A DNA stretch of 63,882 nucleotides, the filler included, from Vicugna vicugna (taxonomy: Eukaryota): NCBI GenBank assembly GCA_013265495.1. It is 76 parts of 74 records of this genome, joined end to end, with 100 filler letters (N's around TTAATTAATTAA, not from the genome) between each part and the next. Parts side by side here need not be neighbours in the genome. Positions count along the whole stretch, not along the records: positions 24,461 to 25,237 come from PNXW01015185.1; positions 25,338 to 26,452 come from MU060630.1; positions 26,553 to 28,343 come from MU060631.1; positions 28,444 to 29,885 come from MU060633.1; positions 29,986 to 31,516 come from MU060637.1; positions 31,617 to 32,159 come from PNXW01015243.1; positions 32,260 to 32,331 come from MU060639.1; positions 32,432 to 33,203 come from MU060641.1; 68 more parts are not named here. One strand, written 5' to 3'. Made by a program: the position numbers and the translations under genes. The notes under the pieces were generated by a model. It saw only the letters and a list, made by a program, of their open reading frames with translations, was not told the origin of the DNA and did no database searches. This document shows positions 24,461-35,782 of this stretch, piece by piece; the stretch's first letter is position 1, and each line of letters begins with the position of its first letter.

Positions 24461-25237
24461 TGTTCCCTGTCCGGGGAAGTCCGAGAAAAAACTTCCCTGA
24501 ACTTGTTGAGGCAGCATCTGTCACTGGGATATCCTGCAATCCCCCCTAGCATTCCCTGGCACAGAGACGTTAGGAAAACACTCAGAGGAGACGAACTTAG
24601 GCATTCCGTTAGAACCCACGCGCTGCCGACCGTTGGTGGATCCTCTCCACTCTCAGGATTCCGGAACCATTGTCAGTGCGTGGGGGAGCTCGAGAGACAA
24701 CTCCACGCTGCTCTCTTCAGTCACAGGTGTTCCCTGTTCGGGGAAGTCCGAGAAATAACACCTCTGTCACTGGGATATCCTGCAAACACCCCTAGCATTC
24801 CCTGGCACAGAGACATTAGGGAAATCCTCAGGGGAGACGAGCTTTGGCTTTCCATTAGAACCCAAGCGCTGCCGACCGTTGCTGGAATCTCCCTACGCTC
24901 AGGATTCCGGAACAATTGTCAGTGCGTGGGGGAACTCGAGAGACAACTCCACGCAGCTCTTTTCAGTCACAGGTGTTCCCTGTTCGGGGAAGTCCGAGAA
25001 ATAACTTCCCTGACCTTGGGGAGGCAGCCTCTGTCACTGGAATATCCTGCAAACCCCCCTAGCATTCCCTGGCACAGAGATATTAGGAAACCCTCAGGGG
25101 AGACGAGCTTAGGCTTTCCGTTAGAACCCACGCGCTGCACACTGTTGGTGGAATCTCCCCACGCTCAGGATTCCGGAATCATTGTGAGTGCTTGGGGGAG
25201 CTCGAGGGACAACTCCACGCAGCTCTCTTCTGTCACA
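24461..25237 (+). repeat. 267-bp satellite array; one monomer has a 21-bp deletion
   Basis: About 3 monomers. At ~24760 AGAAATAACACCTCTG replaces AGAAATAACTTCCCTGACCTTGGGGAGGCAGCCTCTG. Confidence 0.95.
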
Positions 25238-25337
25238 NNNNNNNNNNNNNNNNNNNNNNNNNNNNNNNNNNNNNNNNNNNNTTAATTAATTAANNNNNNN
25301 NNNNNNNNNNNNNNNNNNNNNNNNNNNNNNNNNNNNN

Positions 25338-26452
25338 ACAGGGAACACCTGTGACTGAAGAGAGCTGCGTGGCGCTCTCTCTAGAGCTCCAACACGCACT
25401 GACAATGGTTCCAGAACCCTGAGCGTGGGGAGGTTCCACCAACGGTCGGCAGCGCGTGGGTTCCAACGGAATGCCTGAGCTNNNNNNNNNNNNNNNNNNN
25501 NNNNNNNNNNNNNNNNNNNNNNNNNNNNNNNNNNNNNNNNNNNNNNNNNNNNNNNNNNNNNNNNNNNNNNNNNNNNNNNNNNNNNNNNNNNNNNNNNNNN
25601 NNNNNNNNNNNNNNNNNNNNTGAAGAGAGCTGCGTGGAGCTGTCTCTCGAGCTCCCCCTCGCACTGACAATGGTTCCGGAACCCTGAGCGTGGGGAGGTT
25701 CCACCAACGGTCGGCAGCGCGTGGGTCCCAACGGAATAACTTAGCTGGTCTCCCCTGAGCGTTTTCCTAATGTCTCTGTGCCAGGGAATGCCAAGGGTTT
25801 TTGTAGGAAATCCCAGTGACAGAGGCTGCCTCCCCAAGGTCAGCGAAGGTATTTCTCGGACTTCTCCGGCCAGGGAACACCTGTGAGTGAAGAGAGCTGC
25901 GTGGAGCTGTCTCTCGAGCTCCCCCTCGCACTGACAATGGTTCCGGAACCCTGAGCGTGGGGAGGTTCCACCAACGGTCGGCAGCGCGTGGGTCCCAACG
26001 GAATAACTTAGCTGGTCTCCCCTGAGCGTTTTCCTAATGTCTCTGTGCCAGGGAATGCCAAGGGTTTTTGTAGGAAATCCCAGTGACAGAGGCTGCCTCC
26101 CCAAGGTCAGCGAAGGTATTTCTCGGACTTCCCCAGACACGGAACACCTGTGACTTAAGAGAGCTGCGTGGAGCTGTCTCTCGAGCTCCCCCACGCACTG
26201 ACAATTGTTCCGGAACCCTGAGCGTGGGGAGGTTCCACCAACGGTCGGCAGCGCGTGGGATCCATCGGAATGCCTGAGCTGGTTTTCCCTGAGGGTTTTC
26301 CTAATGTCTCTGTGCCAGGGAATGCCAAGGGTTTTTGTAGGAAATCCCAGTGACAGAGGCTGACTCCCCAAGTTCAGGGAAGCTATTTCTCGGACTTCCC
26401 CAGACACGGAACACCTGTGACTTAAGAGAGCTGCGTGGAGCTGTCTCTCGAG
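25338..26452 (-). repeat. 267-bp satellite array, highly homogeneous subfamily
   Basis: Anchor at 25621, 25888 and 26155 (period 267); adjacent monomers are nearly identical. Confidence 0.97.
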
Positions 26453-27181
26453 NNNNNNNNNNNNNNNNNNNNNNNNNNNNNNNNNNNNNNNNNNNNTTAA
26501 TTAATTAANNNNNNNNNNNNNNNNNNNNNNNNNNNNNNNNNNNNNNNNNNNNTGCTCTCTCTCTTCCTGCAATAAAACAACTGGTAGGACTCTGGGGAGT
26601 GGGGAGCACTGCACCCACATTCTCTGACAAACCACACACCAGGCAGCTCTAGNNNNNNNNNNNNNNNNNNNNNNNNNNNNNNNNNNNNNNNNNNNNNNNN
26701 NNNNNNNNNNNNNNNNNNNNNNNNNNNNNNNNNNNNNNNNNNNNNNNNNNNNNNNNNNNNNNNNNNNNNNNNNNNNNNNNNNNNNNNNNNNNNNNNNNNN
26801 NNNNNNNNNNNNNNNNNNNNNNNNNNNNNNNNNNNNNNNNNNNNNNNNNNNNNNNNNNNNNNNNNNNNNNNNNNNNNNNNNNNNNNNNNNNNNNNNNNNN
26901 NNNNNNNNNNNNNNNNNNNNNNNNNNNNNNNNNNNNNNNNNNNNNNNNNNNNNNNNNNNNNNNNNNNNNNNNNNNNNNNNNNNNNNNNNNNNNNNNNNNN
27001 NNNNNNNNNNNNNNNNNNNNNNNNNNNNNNNNNNNNNNNNNNNNNNNNNNNNNNNNNNNNNNNNNNNNNNNNNNNNNNNNNNNNNNNNNNNNNNNNNNNN
27101 NNNNNNNNNNNNNNNNNNNNNNNNNNNNNNNNNNNNNNNNNNNNNNNNNNNNNNNNNNNNNNNNNNNNNNNNNNNNNNNNN

Positions 27182-27290
27182 AATATGAAAAGGAATACAT
27201 ACATATATATGTGTATATGAATGACTGGAACATTGGGCTGTGCATCAGAAATTGACACATTGTAACTGACTATACTTCAATTAAAATAAT
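27182..27290 (+). mobile_element. L1 3' terminus
   Basis: GACTGGAACATTGGGCTGTGCATCAGAAATTGACACATTGTAACTGACTATACTTCAATTAAAA, an artiodactyl-type L1 3' end with an A-rich tail. Confidence 0.75.
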
Positions 27291-28443
27291 ATACATATAA
27301 ATATAATGCCCATCAGCAGCTTCTGAGTGTCACTGAAAGCAGAAAGCTAGATGAATGGAGGCAGAGGTGGTTGGAGGAGCTAGGTTATTTTGCTGGGGTG
27401 GATGCAGCTGGCATGTCAGAGATCTAGAAGGAATGCTCACAACAGCCACTCACTTATCTGCAAGTGATTTAGGGTAACAGCTTCCTGAAATCCTCCCCAC
27501 ACGTCCTGATGAGCCAGGTGTCTGGTGTTTCTCTGGAAATCACTAGGCGCAGCCTGGAACTCAAAAGTAAAAATTAAAAACTGCAGTCAGGCAGCAAAGA
27601 GCCTGGCAGGACGTGTTGGACAAGAGTTGGTCAGAATCAACAAGGAATGGGGAGGGGATAGAACGTGTGCTGAGGACCCTGACTTCAAGGGTGGATTGTC
27701 TGTGTTGAGGACTCTGAGTCAGTATGAGTAGATGGATTGGTGTGGACTAAAATGGNNNNNNNNNNNNNNNNNNNNNNNNNNNNNNNNNNNNNNNNNNNNN
27801 NNNNNNNNNNNNNNNNNNNNNNNNNNNNNNNNNNNNNNNNNNNNNNNNNNNNNNNNNNNNNNNNNNNNNNGTACTTAAAATAAGGTACTTATAATAAAGA
27901 CATTATCATATGTATATATCCTTAAAGATACACATATGGTTGTATAAGTGGGCCTGAAATGTGTTCTGCATTCTAAAATCCAATGAAATAAAATAAAATC
28001 NNNNNNNNNNNNNNNNNNNNNNNNNNNNNNNNNNNNNNNNNNNNNNNNNNNNNNNNNNNNNNNNNNNNNNNNNNNNNNNNNNNNNNNNNNNNNNNNNNNN
28101 NNNNNNNNNNNNNNNNNNNNNNNNNNNNNNNNNNNNNNNNNNNNNNNNNNNNNNNNNNNNNNNNNNNNNNNNNNNNNNNNNNNNNNNNNNNNNNNNNNNN
28201 NNNNNNNNNNNNNNNNAAAAAGCATTATTAGGGCTGTCAGGATCCTTTGGTATACGGGGTTCAGTAGATGTGTTCAGATGTCCTAGACAGTGAATCAGAG
28301 CAAAGACTGAGGTTTAGACAGCAGTTAAATGCCTCACCTCACCNNNNNNNNNNNNNNNNNNNNNNNNNNNNNNNNNNNNNNNNNNNNTTAATTAATTAAN
28401 NNNNNNNNNNNNNNNNNNNNNNNNNNNNNNNNNNNNNNNNNNN

Positions 28444-29885
28444 TATCCTGCAAACCCCCCTAGCATTCCCTGGCACAGAAACATTAGGTAAACTTTCAGG
28501 GGAGACGAGCTTAGGCTTTCCGTTAGAACCCACGGGCTGCCGACCGTTGGTGGAACCTCCCCACGCTCAGGATTCCGGAACCATTGTCAGTGCGTGGGGG
28601 AGCTCGAGAGACAACTCCACGCAGCTCTCTTCAGTCCCAGGTGTTNNNNNNNNNNNNNNNNNNNNNNNNNNNNNNNNNNNNNNNNNNNNNNNNNNNNNNN
28701 NNNNNNNNNNNNNNNNNNNNNNNNNNNNNNNNNNNNNNNNNNNNNNNNNNNNNNNNNNNNNNNNNNNNNNNNNNNNNNNNNNNNNNNNNNNNNNNNNNNN
28801 NNNNNNNNNNNNNNNNNNNNNNNNNNNNNNNNNNNNNNNNNNNNNNNNNNNNNNNNNNNNNNNNNNNNNNNNNNNNNNNNNNNNNNNNNNNNNNNNNNNN
28901 NNNNNNNNNNNNNNNNNNNNNNNNNNNNNNNNNNNNNNNNNNNNNNNNNNNNNNNNNNNNNNNNNNNNNNNNNNNNNNNNNNNNNNNNNNNNNNNNNNNN
29001 NNNNNNNNNNNNNNNNNNNNNNNNNNNNNNNNNNNNNNNNNNNNNNNNNNNNNNNNNNNNNNNNNNNNNNNNNNNNNNNNNNNNNNNNNNNNNNNNNNNN
29101 NNNNNNNNNNNNNNNNNNNNNNNNNNNNNNNNNNNNNNNNNNNNNNNNNNNNNNNNNNNNNNNNNNNNNNNNNNNNNNNNNNNNNNNNNNNNNNNNNNNN
29201 NNNNNNNNNNNNNNNNNNNNNNNNNNNNNNNNNNNNNNNNNNNNNNNNNNNNNNNNNNNNNNNNNNNNNNNNNNNNNNNNNNNNNNNNNNNNNNNNNNNN
29301 NNNNNNNNNNNNNNNNNNNNNNNNNNNNNNNNNNNNNNNNNNNNNNNNNNNNNNNNNNNNNNNNNNNNNNNNNNNNNNNNNNNNNNNNNNNNNNNNNNNN
29401 NNNNNNNNNNNNNNNNNNNNNNNNNNNNNNNNNNNNNNNNNNNNNNNNNNNNNNNNNNNNNNNNNNNNNNNNNNNNNNNNNNNNNNNNNNNNNNNNNNNN
29501 NNNNNNNNNNNNNNNNNNNNNNNNNNNNNNNNNNNNNNNNNNNNNNNNNNNNNNNNNNNNNNNNNNNNNNNNNNNNNNNNNNNNNNNNNNNNNNNNNNNN
29601 NNNNNNNNNNNNNNNNNNNNNNNNNNNNNNNNNNNGCACGAGAGACAACTCCACGTAGCTCTCTTCAGTCACAGGTGTTCCCTGTTCGGGGAAGTCCGAG
29701 AAATACCTTCCCTGACCTTGGGGAGGCAGTCTCTGTCACTGGGATATCCTGCATACCCCCCTAGCATTCCCTGGCACAGAGACATTAGGAAAACTCTCAG
29801 GGGAGTCGAACTTAGGCTTTCCGTTAGAACCCACGAGAAACCGACCGTTGGTGGAACCTCCCAACGCTCAGTATTCCGGAACCAT
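28444..29885 (+). repeat. 267-bp satellite array (large gap)
   Basis: Same consensus on both sides of the gap. Confidence 0.95.
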
Positions 29886-29985
29886 NNNNNNNNNNNNNNN
29901 NNNNNNNNNNNNNNNNNNNNNNNNNNNNNTTAATTAATTAANNNNNNNNNNNNNNNNNNNNNNNNNNNNNNNNNNNNNNNNNNNN

Positions 29986-31516
29986 TTTTGTGGGATCAAA
30001 GTGTGATTCATGAAACTGGTGATAGGAAGATGCTACCAAGTAAAGTAAATAATTCAGAGTGCATAGGTAACATGTTTGGTGGTTGAAACATCAGTCATGC
30101 GGATGTTCACAACTCAGAAATGCATGTTTGAGGAATTCGTGATGCATGAAACATGTTCGTTATACGGAATTCCNNNNNNNNNNNNNNNNNNNNNNNNNNN
30201 NNNNNNNNNNNNNNNNNNNNNNNNNNNNNNNNNNNNNNNNNNNNNNNNNNNNNNNNNNNNNNNNNNNNNNNNNNNNNNNNNNNNNNNNNNNNNNNNNNNN
30301 NNNNNNNNNNNNNNNNNNNNNNNNNNNNNNNNNNNNNNNNNNNNNNNNNNNNNNNNNNNNNNNNNNNNNNNNNNNNNNNNNNNNNNNNNNNNNNNNNNNN
30401 NNNNNNNNNNNNNNNNNNNNNNNNNNNNNNNNNNNNNNNNNNNNNNNNNNNNNNNNNNNNNNNNNNNNNNNNNNNNNNNNNNNNNNNNNNNNNNNNNNNN
30501 NNNNNNNNNNNNNNNNNNNNNNNNNNNNNNNNNNNNNNNNGAAAATGTGTAGTCTAGATGAAAATATTCCTTTTATAGAGGATGAAAGATTAGTAATCCA
30601 CATGCCCTCAACTCAGGAATGCATGTTTGTCGAATCCGTCATATAAGTAGCATGTACGGAACAGGGAATACCATCTAGATGGAATCTATTCAAATTACAT
30701 ATCTATAGGGTAGAATTCGCTCCAAGAGGGTTTTTCTGGGATCAAAGTGTGATTCTTGAAACTGGTGATAGGAATAAGCTATGAAGTCTAAGTAAATATT
30801 TCAGAGTGCTTATGTATCTTGTTTGGTGGTTGAAACATCCGTCATACGCATGTTCACAACTGAAAATTCATGTTTGAGGAATCCATGATGCATGAAACAT
30901 GTTCGTAATTCGGAATGCCATGGTTATTTAAACAATTATAATTACATTTGTATTGGTGAGAATTCGCTCAAAGAGTGTTTTCTGGTGCCAAATGCCCGAT
31001 TTTAGAACCTGGAGATAGGAAAAACATATGAAGTCACAGTAAATATTTCTAAGTATCTATACGCCTATTTCGGTGGAGGAAACGTCATTAATCCACATGC
31101 TCACAAGTCAGAAACGCATGATTGTCGAATCCGTCATACATGTAGCATGTAAGGAACCCGGGATGGCCATGGTGTTGGAATTCATGTAATTACATACCNN
31201 NNNNNNNNNNNNNNNNNNNNNNNNNNNNNNNNNNNNNNNNNNNNNNNNNNNNNNNNNNNNNNNNNNNNNNNNNNNNNNNNNNNNNNNNNNNNNNNNNNNN
31301 NNNNNNNNNNNNNNNNNNNNNNNNNNNNNNNNNNNNNNNNNNNNNNNNNNNNNNNNNNNNNNNNNNNNNNNNNNNNNNNNNNNNNNNNNNNNNNNNNNNN
31401 NNNNNNNTGTAGATGGAATCTATTCAAATTACATATCTCTAGGGTAGAATTCGCTCCAAGAGGGTTGTTTTGGGATGAAAGTGTGATTCTTGACACTGGT
31501 GATAGGAAGAAACAAC
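29986..31516 (+). repeat. AT-rich ~740-bp satellite (gapped)
   Basis: GAATTCGCTC at 30713 and 30960 (subunit period 247). The same subunit type recurs at 31447, across a gap. Confidence 0.93.
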
Positions 31517-31616
31517 NNNNNNNNNNNNNNNNNNNNNNNNNNNNNNNNNNNNNNNNNNNNTTAATTAATTAANNNNNNNNNNNNNNNNNNNNNNNNNNNN
31601 NNNNNNNNNNNNNNNN

Positions 31617-32159
31617 TACCAATTCTACTTGGTTTTTCTTTATAGGTTCAATTTCATTTTTAACATATTTTCGTCTCTAAACACTATCTCTTTTAGTTCC
31701 TTCAGTACTTTGATCATTCCTTTTTTGAAATCTTGATCTAGTAGGCTGGCAATGTCTACATCATTGATCGTTCTTTCAGGAGATTTCTCTTGCTCTTTTA
31801 ATTGAGAATGGTTTCTCTGCTTCATCTTGCTCAAACCTCTCTGGCACTGTGGTTTATGGAGTATCAGTTATCTATTATGGTCCTTAAGGTGTTTATCTAT
31901 CTAATGCCTATGTAGGAATAAAACTTAGAAAAGAAAAAAGAGAGAGAGAGAATTTTAAAAGAAGGGAGGAAAAAAGGTTTTAAAACAGTGTATAATGAAT
32001 AATAGAAGAACAAGTTGAAGATAATGAATAATAGAAGAACAAGTTGAAGCAGGATTTTAAAAAATAATAATAATAAAAATATTTTTTTAAAAAGTTTAAA
32101 GGGATTAAAATTAGGGGTATATATAATTGTTTAAGAAGTAAAAATTGAAAGGGTAATAG
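31617..32159 (-). mobile_element. L1 5' region and ORF1 N-terminus (frameshifted)
   Basis: Minus-strand ORF 31640-31834 MKQRNHSQLKEQEKSPERTIND...LLDQDFKKGMIKVLKELKE resembles the artiodactyl L1 ORF1p start. A T-rich leader lies upstream, with a 29-bp tandem duplication at 31992-32049. Confidence 0.85.
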
Positions 32160-33039
32160 NNNNNNNNNNNNNNNNNNNNNNNNNNNNNNNNNNNNNNNNN
32201 NNNTTAATTAATTAANNNNNNNNNNNNNNNNNNNNNNNNNNNNNNNNNNNNNNNNNNNNCGACAAACTGCACCGCAGCCAGGTCTAACCTCCTCCTCCTC
32301 ATAATAGCTGGAGAGATGATAAAGGGGAATGNNNNNNNNNNNNNNNNNNNNNNNNNNNNNNNNNNNNNNNNNNNNTTAATTAATTAANNNNNNNNNNNNN
32401 NNNNNNNNNNNNNNNNNNNNNNNNNNNNNNNTTGGAGGAAGGATGGAAGACTGATAAACAGAATGGCCGGGAGCACGTGGAGTCTCTTCATCCTCTCAAT
32501 CTGAGTAACTGACTTTGAGATCCTATGGCAAGAATAGTTATAGCAGTAGCTATGTTCATACAAGTGTCACAAGCAGGGCCACGACAGGGATGTAAAATGT
32601 GAACACAGACCTGAGGATCGTTCTGACACATATCTCTGCCTTTCAGACATAGGTACTGTGCCACCGTCCTGAGTCTAGAGCCTGCGCCCAAAGACTCAAG
32701 GATGCACCAAAGGAGAAACAAGCCCTATTGCTCAAAACTCTCCAAGGACAAAAGATATTGGAACATTTGGGTTATTTTTTCTTTTGGTTGTTTGCAATCA
32801 TTTTCTCTCTTTTTAAACCTTTTTGTTGAACTAATTTAGATGGACATGCATTTGTGCTGATATTTCTATTTTGTGTGTGTGTGTTTATATTTCTGACTCT
32901 ATTCCAGTACCATAGGCTTCATTCTGTCCTTTCTCACTTGCTTATTTGTAACTTATTTATCTGACAGTTAGAACACTGACTTCCATTATCTGTACTTCAT
33001 TTTTTAACCCTAGTGTACCTGTAATTTAAAATCTGTGTT

Positions 33040-33203
33040 TAAAATCTACACATTTTTATTGCTAAATAGCATTCTATTCTTATGGGTGATCCACAGTTTG
33101 TTTATCCATTCACCTTTGAAGGATACCTTGCAGTTTCTAGTTTGGGGAGTTTATGAATTAAGTGCTTTAAACATTCACACACAAATTTTCTGTTGTTTTG
33201 CTT
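33040..33203 (-). mobile_element. Old L1 (L1M-type) 3' fragment
   Basis: TAGCATTCTATT...CACAGTTTGTTTATCCATTCACCT...GTTTCTAGTTTGGGG, an antisense L1 motif. Confidence 0.65.
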
Positions 33204-33303
33204 NNNNNNNNNNNNNNNNNNNNNNNNNNNNNNNNNNNNNNNNNNNNTTAATTAATTAANNNNNNNNNNNNNNNNNNNNNNNNNNNNNNNNNNNNNNNNN
33301 NNN

Positions 33304-34091
33304 TGCATCCAGACACGTGTACAAATTTTCACAAGCTTTCCCTAACATAAGGTTCGAATTCGTGCTTCTTTCACAGAAAAATTGTTCTGGAGCGATTTCC
33401 ACCTAACAGATATGTAATTTACATGAATTTCATCAACATGGCATTCCAGGTTCCGTACATGCTCATACATGACGGATTCGGCAATCATGCTTTTCTGACT
33501 TGTGAGCAAGTTGATTACTGACCTTTCATTCACCAAACAAGCATATATAGACTTAGAAATATTTACTCTGGCTTCAAAATTTTTTCCTATCACCAGGTTC
33601 TAAAATCGGACATTTGGCACCAGAAATCACTCTTTGAGCGAATTCTCACCAATACACATGTAATTTACATTGTTTACATAACCATGGAATTCCGTATTAC
33701 NNNNNNNNNNNNNNNNNNNNNNNNNNNNNNNNNNNNNNNNNNNNNNNNNNNNNNNNNNNNNNNNNNNNNNNNNNNNNNNNNNNNNNNNNNNNNNNNNNNN
33801 NNNNNNNNNNNNNNNTTTGACTTCGTACCTTCTTCCTATCACCAGTTTCAAGAATCACACTTTGATCCCACAAAAACCCTCTTGGAGCGAATTCTACCCT
33901 TGAGATATGTAATTTAAATAGATTCCATCTACATGATATTCTGCATTCCGTATGTGCTACATATATGACCGATTTGACAAACATACATTCCTGAGTTGTG
34001 GTCATCTGGATTACTAATCTCTCAATCTCTAAAAAAGGAATATTTGCATCTAGAAACGAGTACACATTTTCACAAGCTTTCCCTAACACCA
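33304..34091 (-). repeat. AT-rich ~740-bp satellite, one full higher-order unit
   Basis: ACAAGCTTTCCCTAACA at 33331 and 34072 (741 apart, spanning one gap). GAGCG anchors at 33390, 33636 and 33885. Confidence 0.93.
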
Positions 34092-34191
34092 NNNNNNNNN
34101 NNNNNNNNNNNNNNNNNNNNNNNNNNNNNNNNNNNTTAATTAATTAANNNNNNNNNNNNNNNNNNNNNNNNNNNNNNNNNNNNNNNNNNNN

Positions 34192-35613
34192 CAAAATCTG
34201 GCTTCAAAATTCTCTAAGCTATATTTTTTATTCTGTATACTACATTCTATATTCTTAATTATTTATTCAGTATTATGTGTTTTATATACTATATTCTGTG
34301 TTCTACATTCAATTTTTTAATTGTTTATTAAGTATTCTTTATACTATATTCTAAATTCTGTGTTCTACATTCTATATTCTAAATTGTATATTCAGTATTC
34401 TGTATCTATATTCTAAATACTGAGTTCTGATTTCCATGTTCCAAAATCTGGCTTCAATATTCCCTAAGCTATATTTTTTATTCTGTTTTCTACATTCTAT
34501 ATTTTAATTATATATTCAGTATTATGTATTCTATATTCTATATTCTCTGTTCTACATTCAATTTTTTTAATTGTTTATTAAGTATTCTTTATACTATATT
34601 CTAAATTCTGTGTTTGCATTCCATGTTGTAAATTCTGGGTTTTATATTCTCTTTTCTATATTCTATATTCGCTGTTCTACATTCTATATTCCAAATTCTA
34701 TATTCAGTATTCTGTATTCTATATTCTAAATGTTGTGTTCTGCATTCCATATTCAAAATTCTCTATTCAATATTCTGTGATCTACTTTCTATATTCTAAA
34801 TACTATATTAAGTATTCTGTATTCTATATTCTAAATTCTGTGTTCTGTATTCCATGTTCTCCAACCTATATTCAGTATTCTGTATTCCATATTTTAATTT
34901 TGTGTTCTGCATTCTATGTTCTAATTTCTATGATCTGTATAATGTATTATATATTCTAATTTCTGTGTTATGCATTCCATGTTCTAAATTCTGGGTTCTA
35001 TAATCTATAATCTATATTCTATATCTGTTTTCTACATTCTATATTCTAAATATTATATTCAGCTTTCTNNNNNNNNNNNNNNNNNNNNNNNNNNNNNNNN
35101 NNNNNNNNNNNNNNNNNNNNNNNNNNNNNNNNNNNNNNNNNNNNNNNNNNNNNNNNNNNNNNNNNNNNNNNNNNNNNNNNNNNNNNNNNNNNNNNNNNNN
35201 NNNNNNNNNNNNNNNNNNNNNNNNNNNNNNNNNNNNNNNNNNNNNNNNNNNNNNNNNNNNNNNNNNNNNNNNNNNNNNNNNNNNNNNNNNNNNNNNNNNN
35301 NNNNNNNNNNNNNNNNNNNNNNNNNNNNNNNNNNNNNNNNNNNNNNNNNNNNNNNNNNNNNNNNNNNNNNNNNNNNNNNNNNNNNNNNNNNNNNNNNNNN
35401 NNNNNNNNNNNNNNNNNNNNNNNNNNNNNNNNNNNNNNNNNNNNNNNNNNNNNNNNNNNNNNNNNNNNNNNNNNNNNNNNNNNNNNNNNNNNNNNNNNNN
35501 NNNNNNNNNNNNNNNNNNNNNNNNNNNNNNNNNNNNNNNNNNNNNNNNNNNNTTCCATGTAATCTTGTTTCTATATTCTGTTTTCTATTTTCTATATTCT
35601 GTGTTCTACATTC
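34192..35613 (+). repeat. Degenerate heptamer satellite with a 250-bp higher-order duplication
   Basis: 7-mer phase; CAAAATCTGGCTTCAA at 34192 and 34442. Confidence 0.93.
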
Positions 35614-35782
35614 NNNNNNNNNNNNNNNNNNNNNNNNNNNNNNNNNNNNNNNNNNNNTTAATTAATTAANNNNNNNNNNNNNNNNNNNNNNNNNNNNNNN
35701 NNNNNNNNNNNNNCCCTGATATTAAATTTGGATTAAATACTTAAGATAAGTAAAAAAGGAAAATAGAAAAGATAAGTGACAT

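Noticed and set aside
28547..29933. Long ORFs of 350-550 aa (also 58509-60149, 2755-3687, 14436-15320)
   Set aside because: They consist mostly of X from N-runs, and the flanks are satellite or unassigned sequence.
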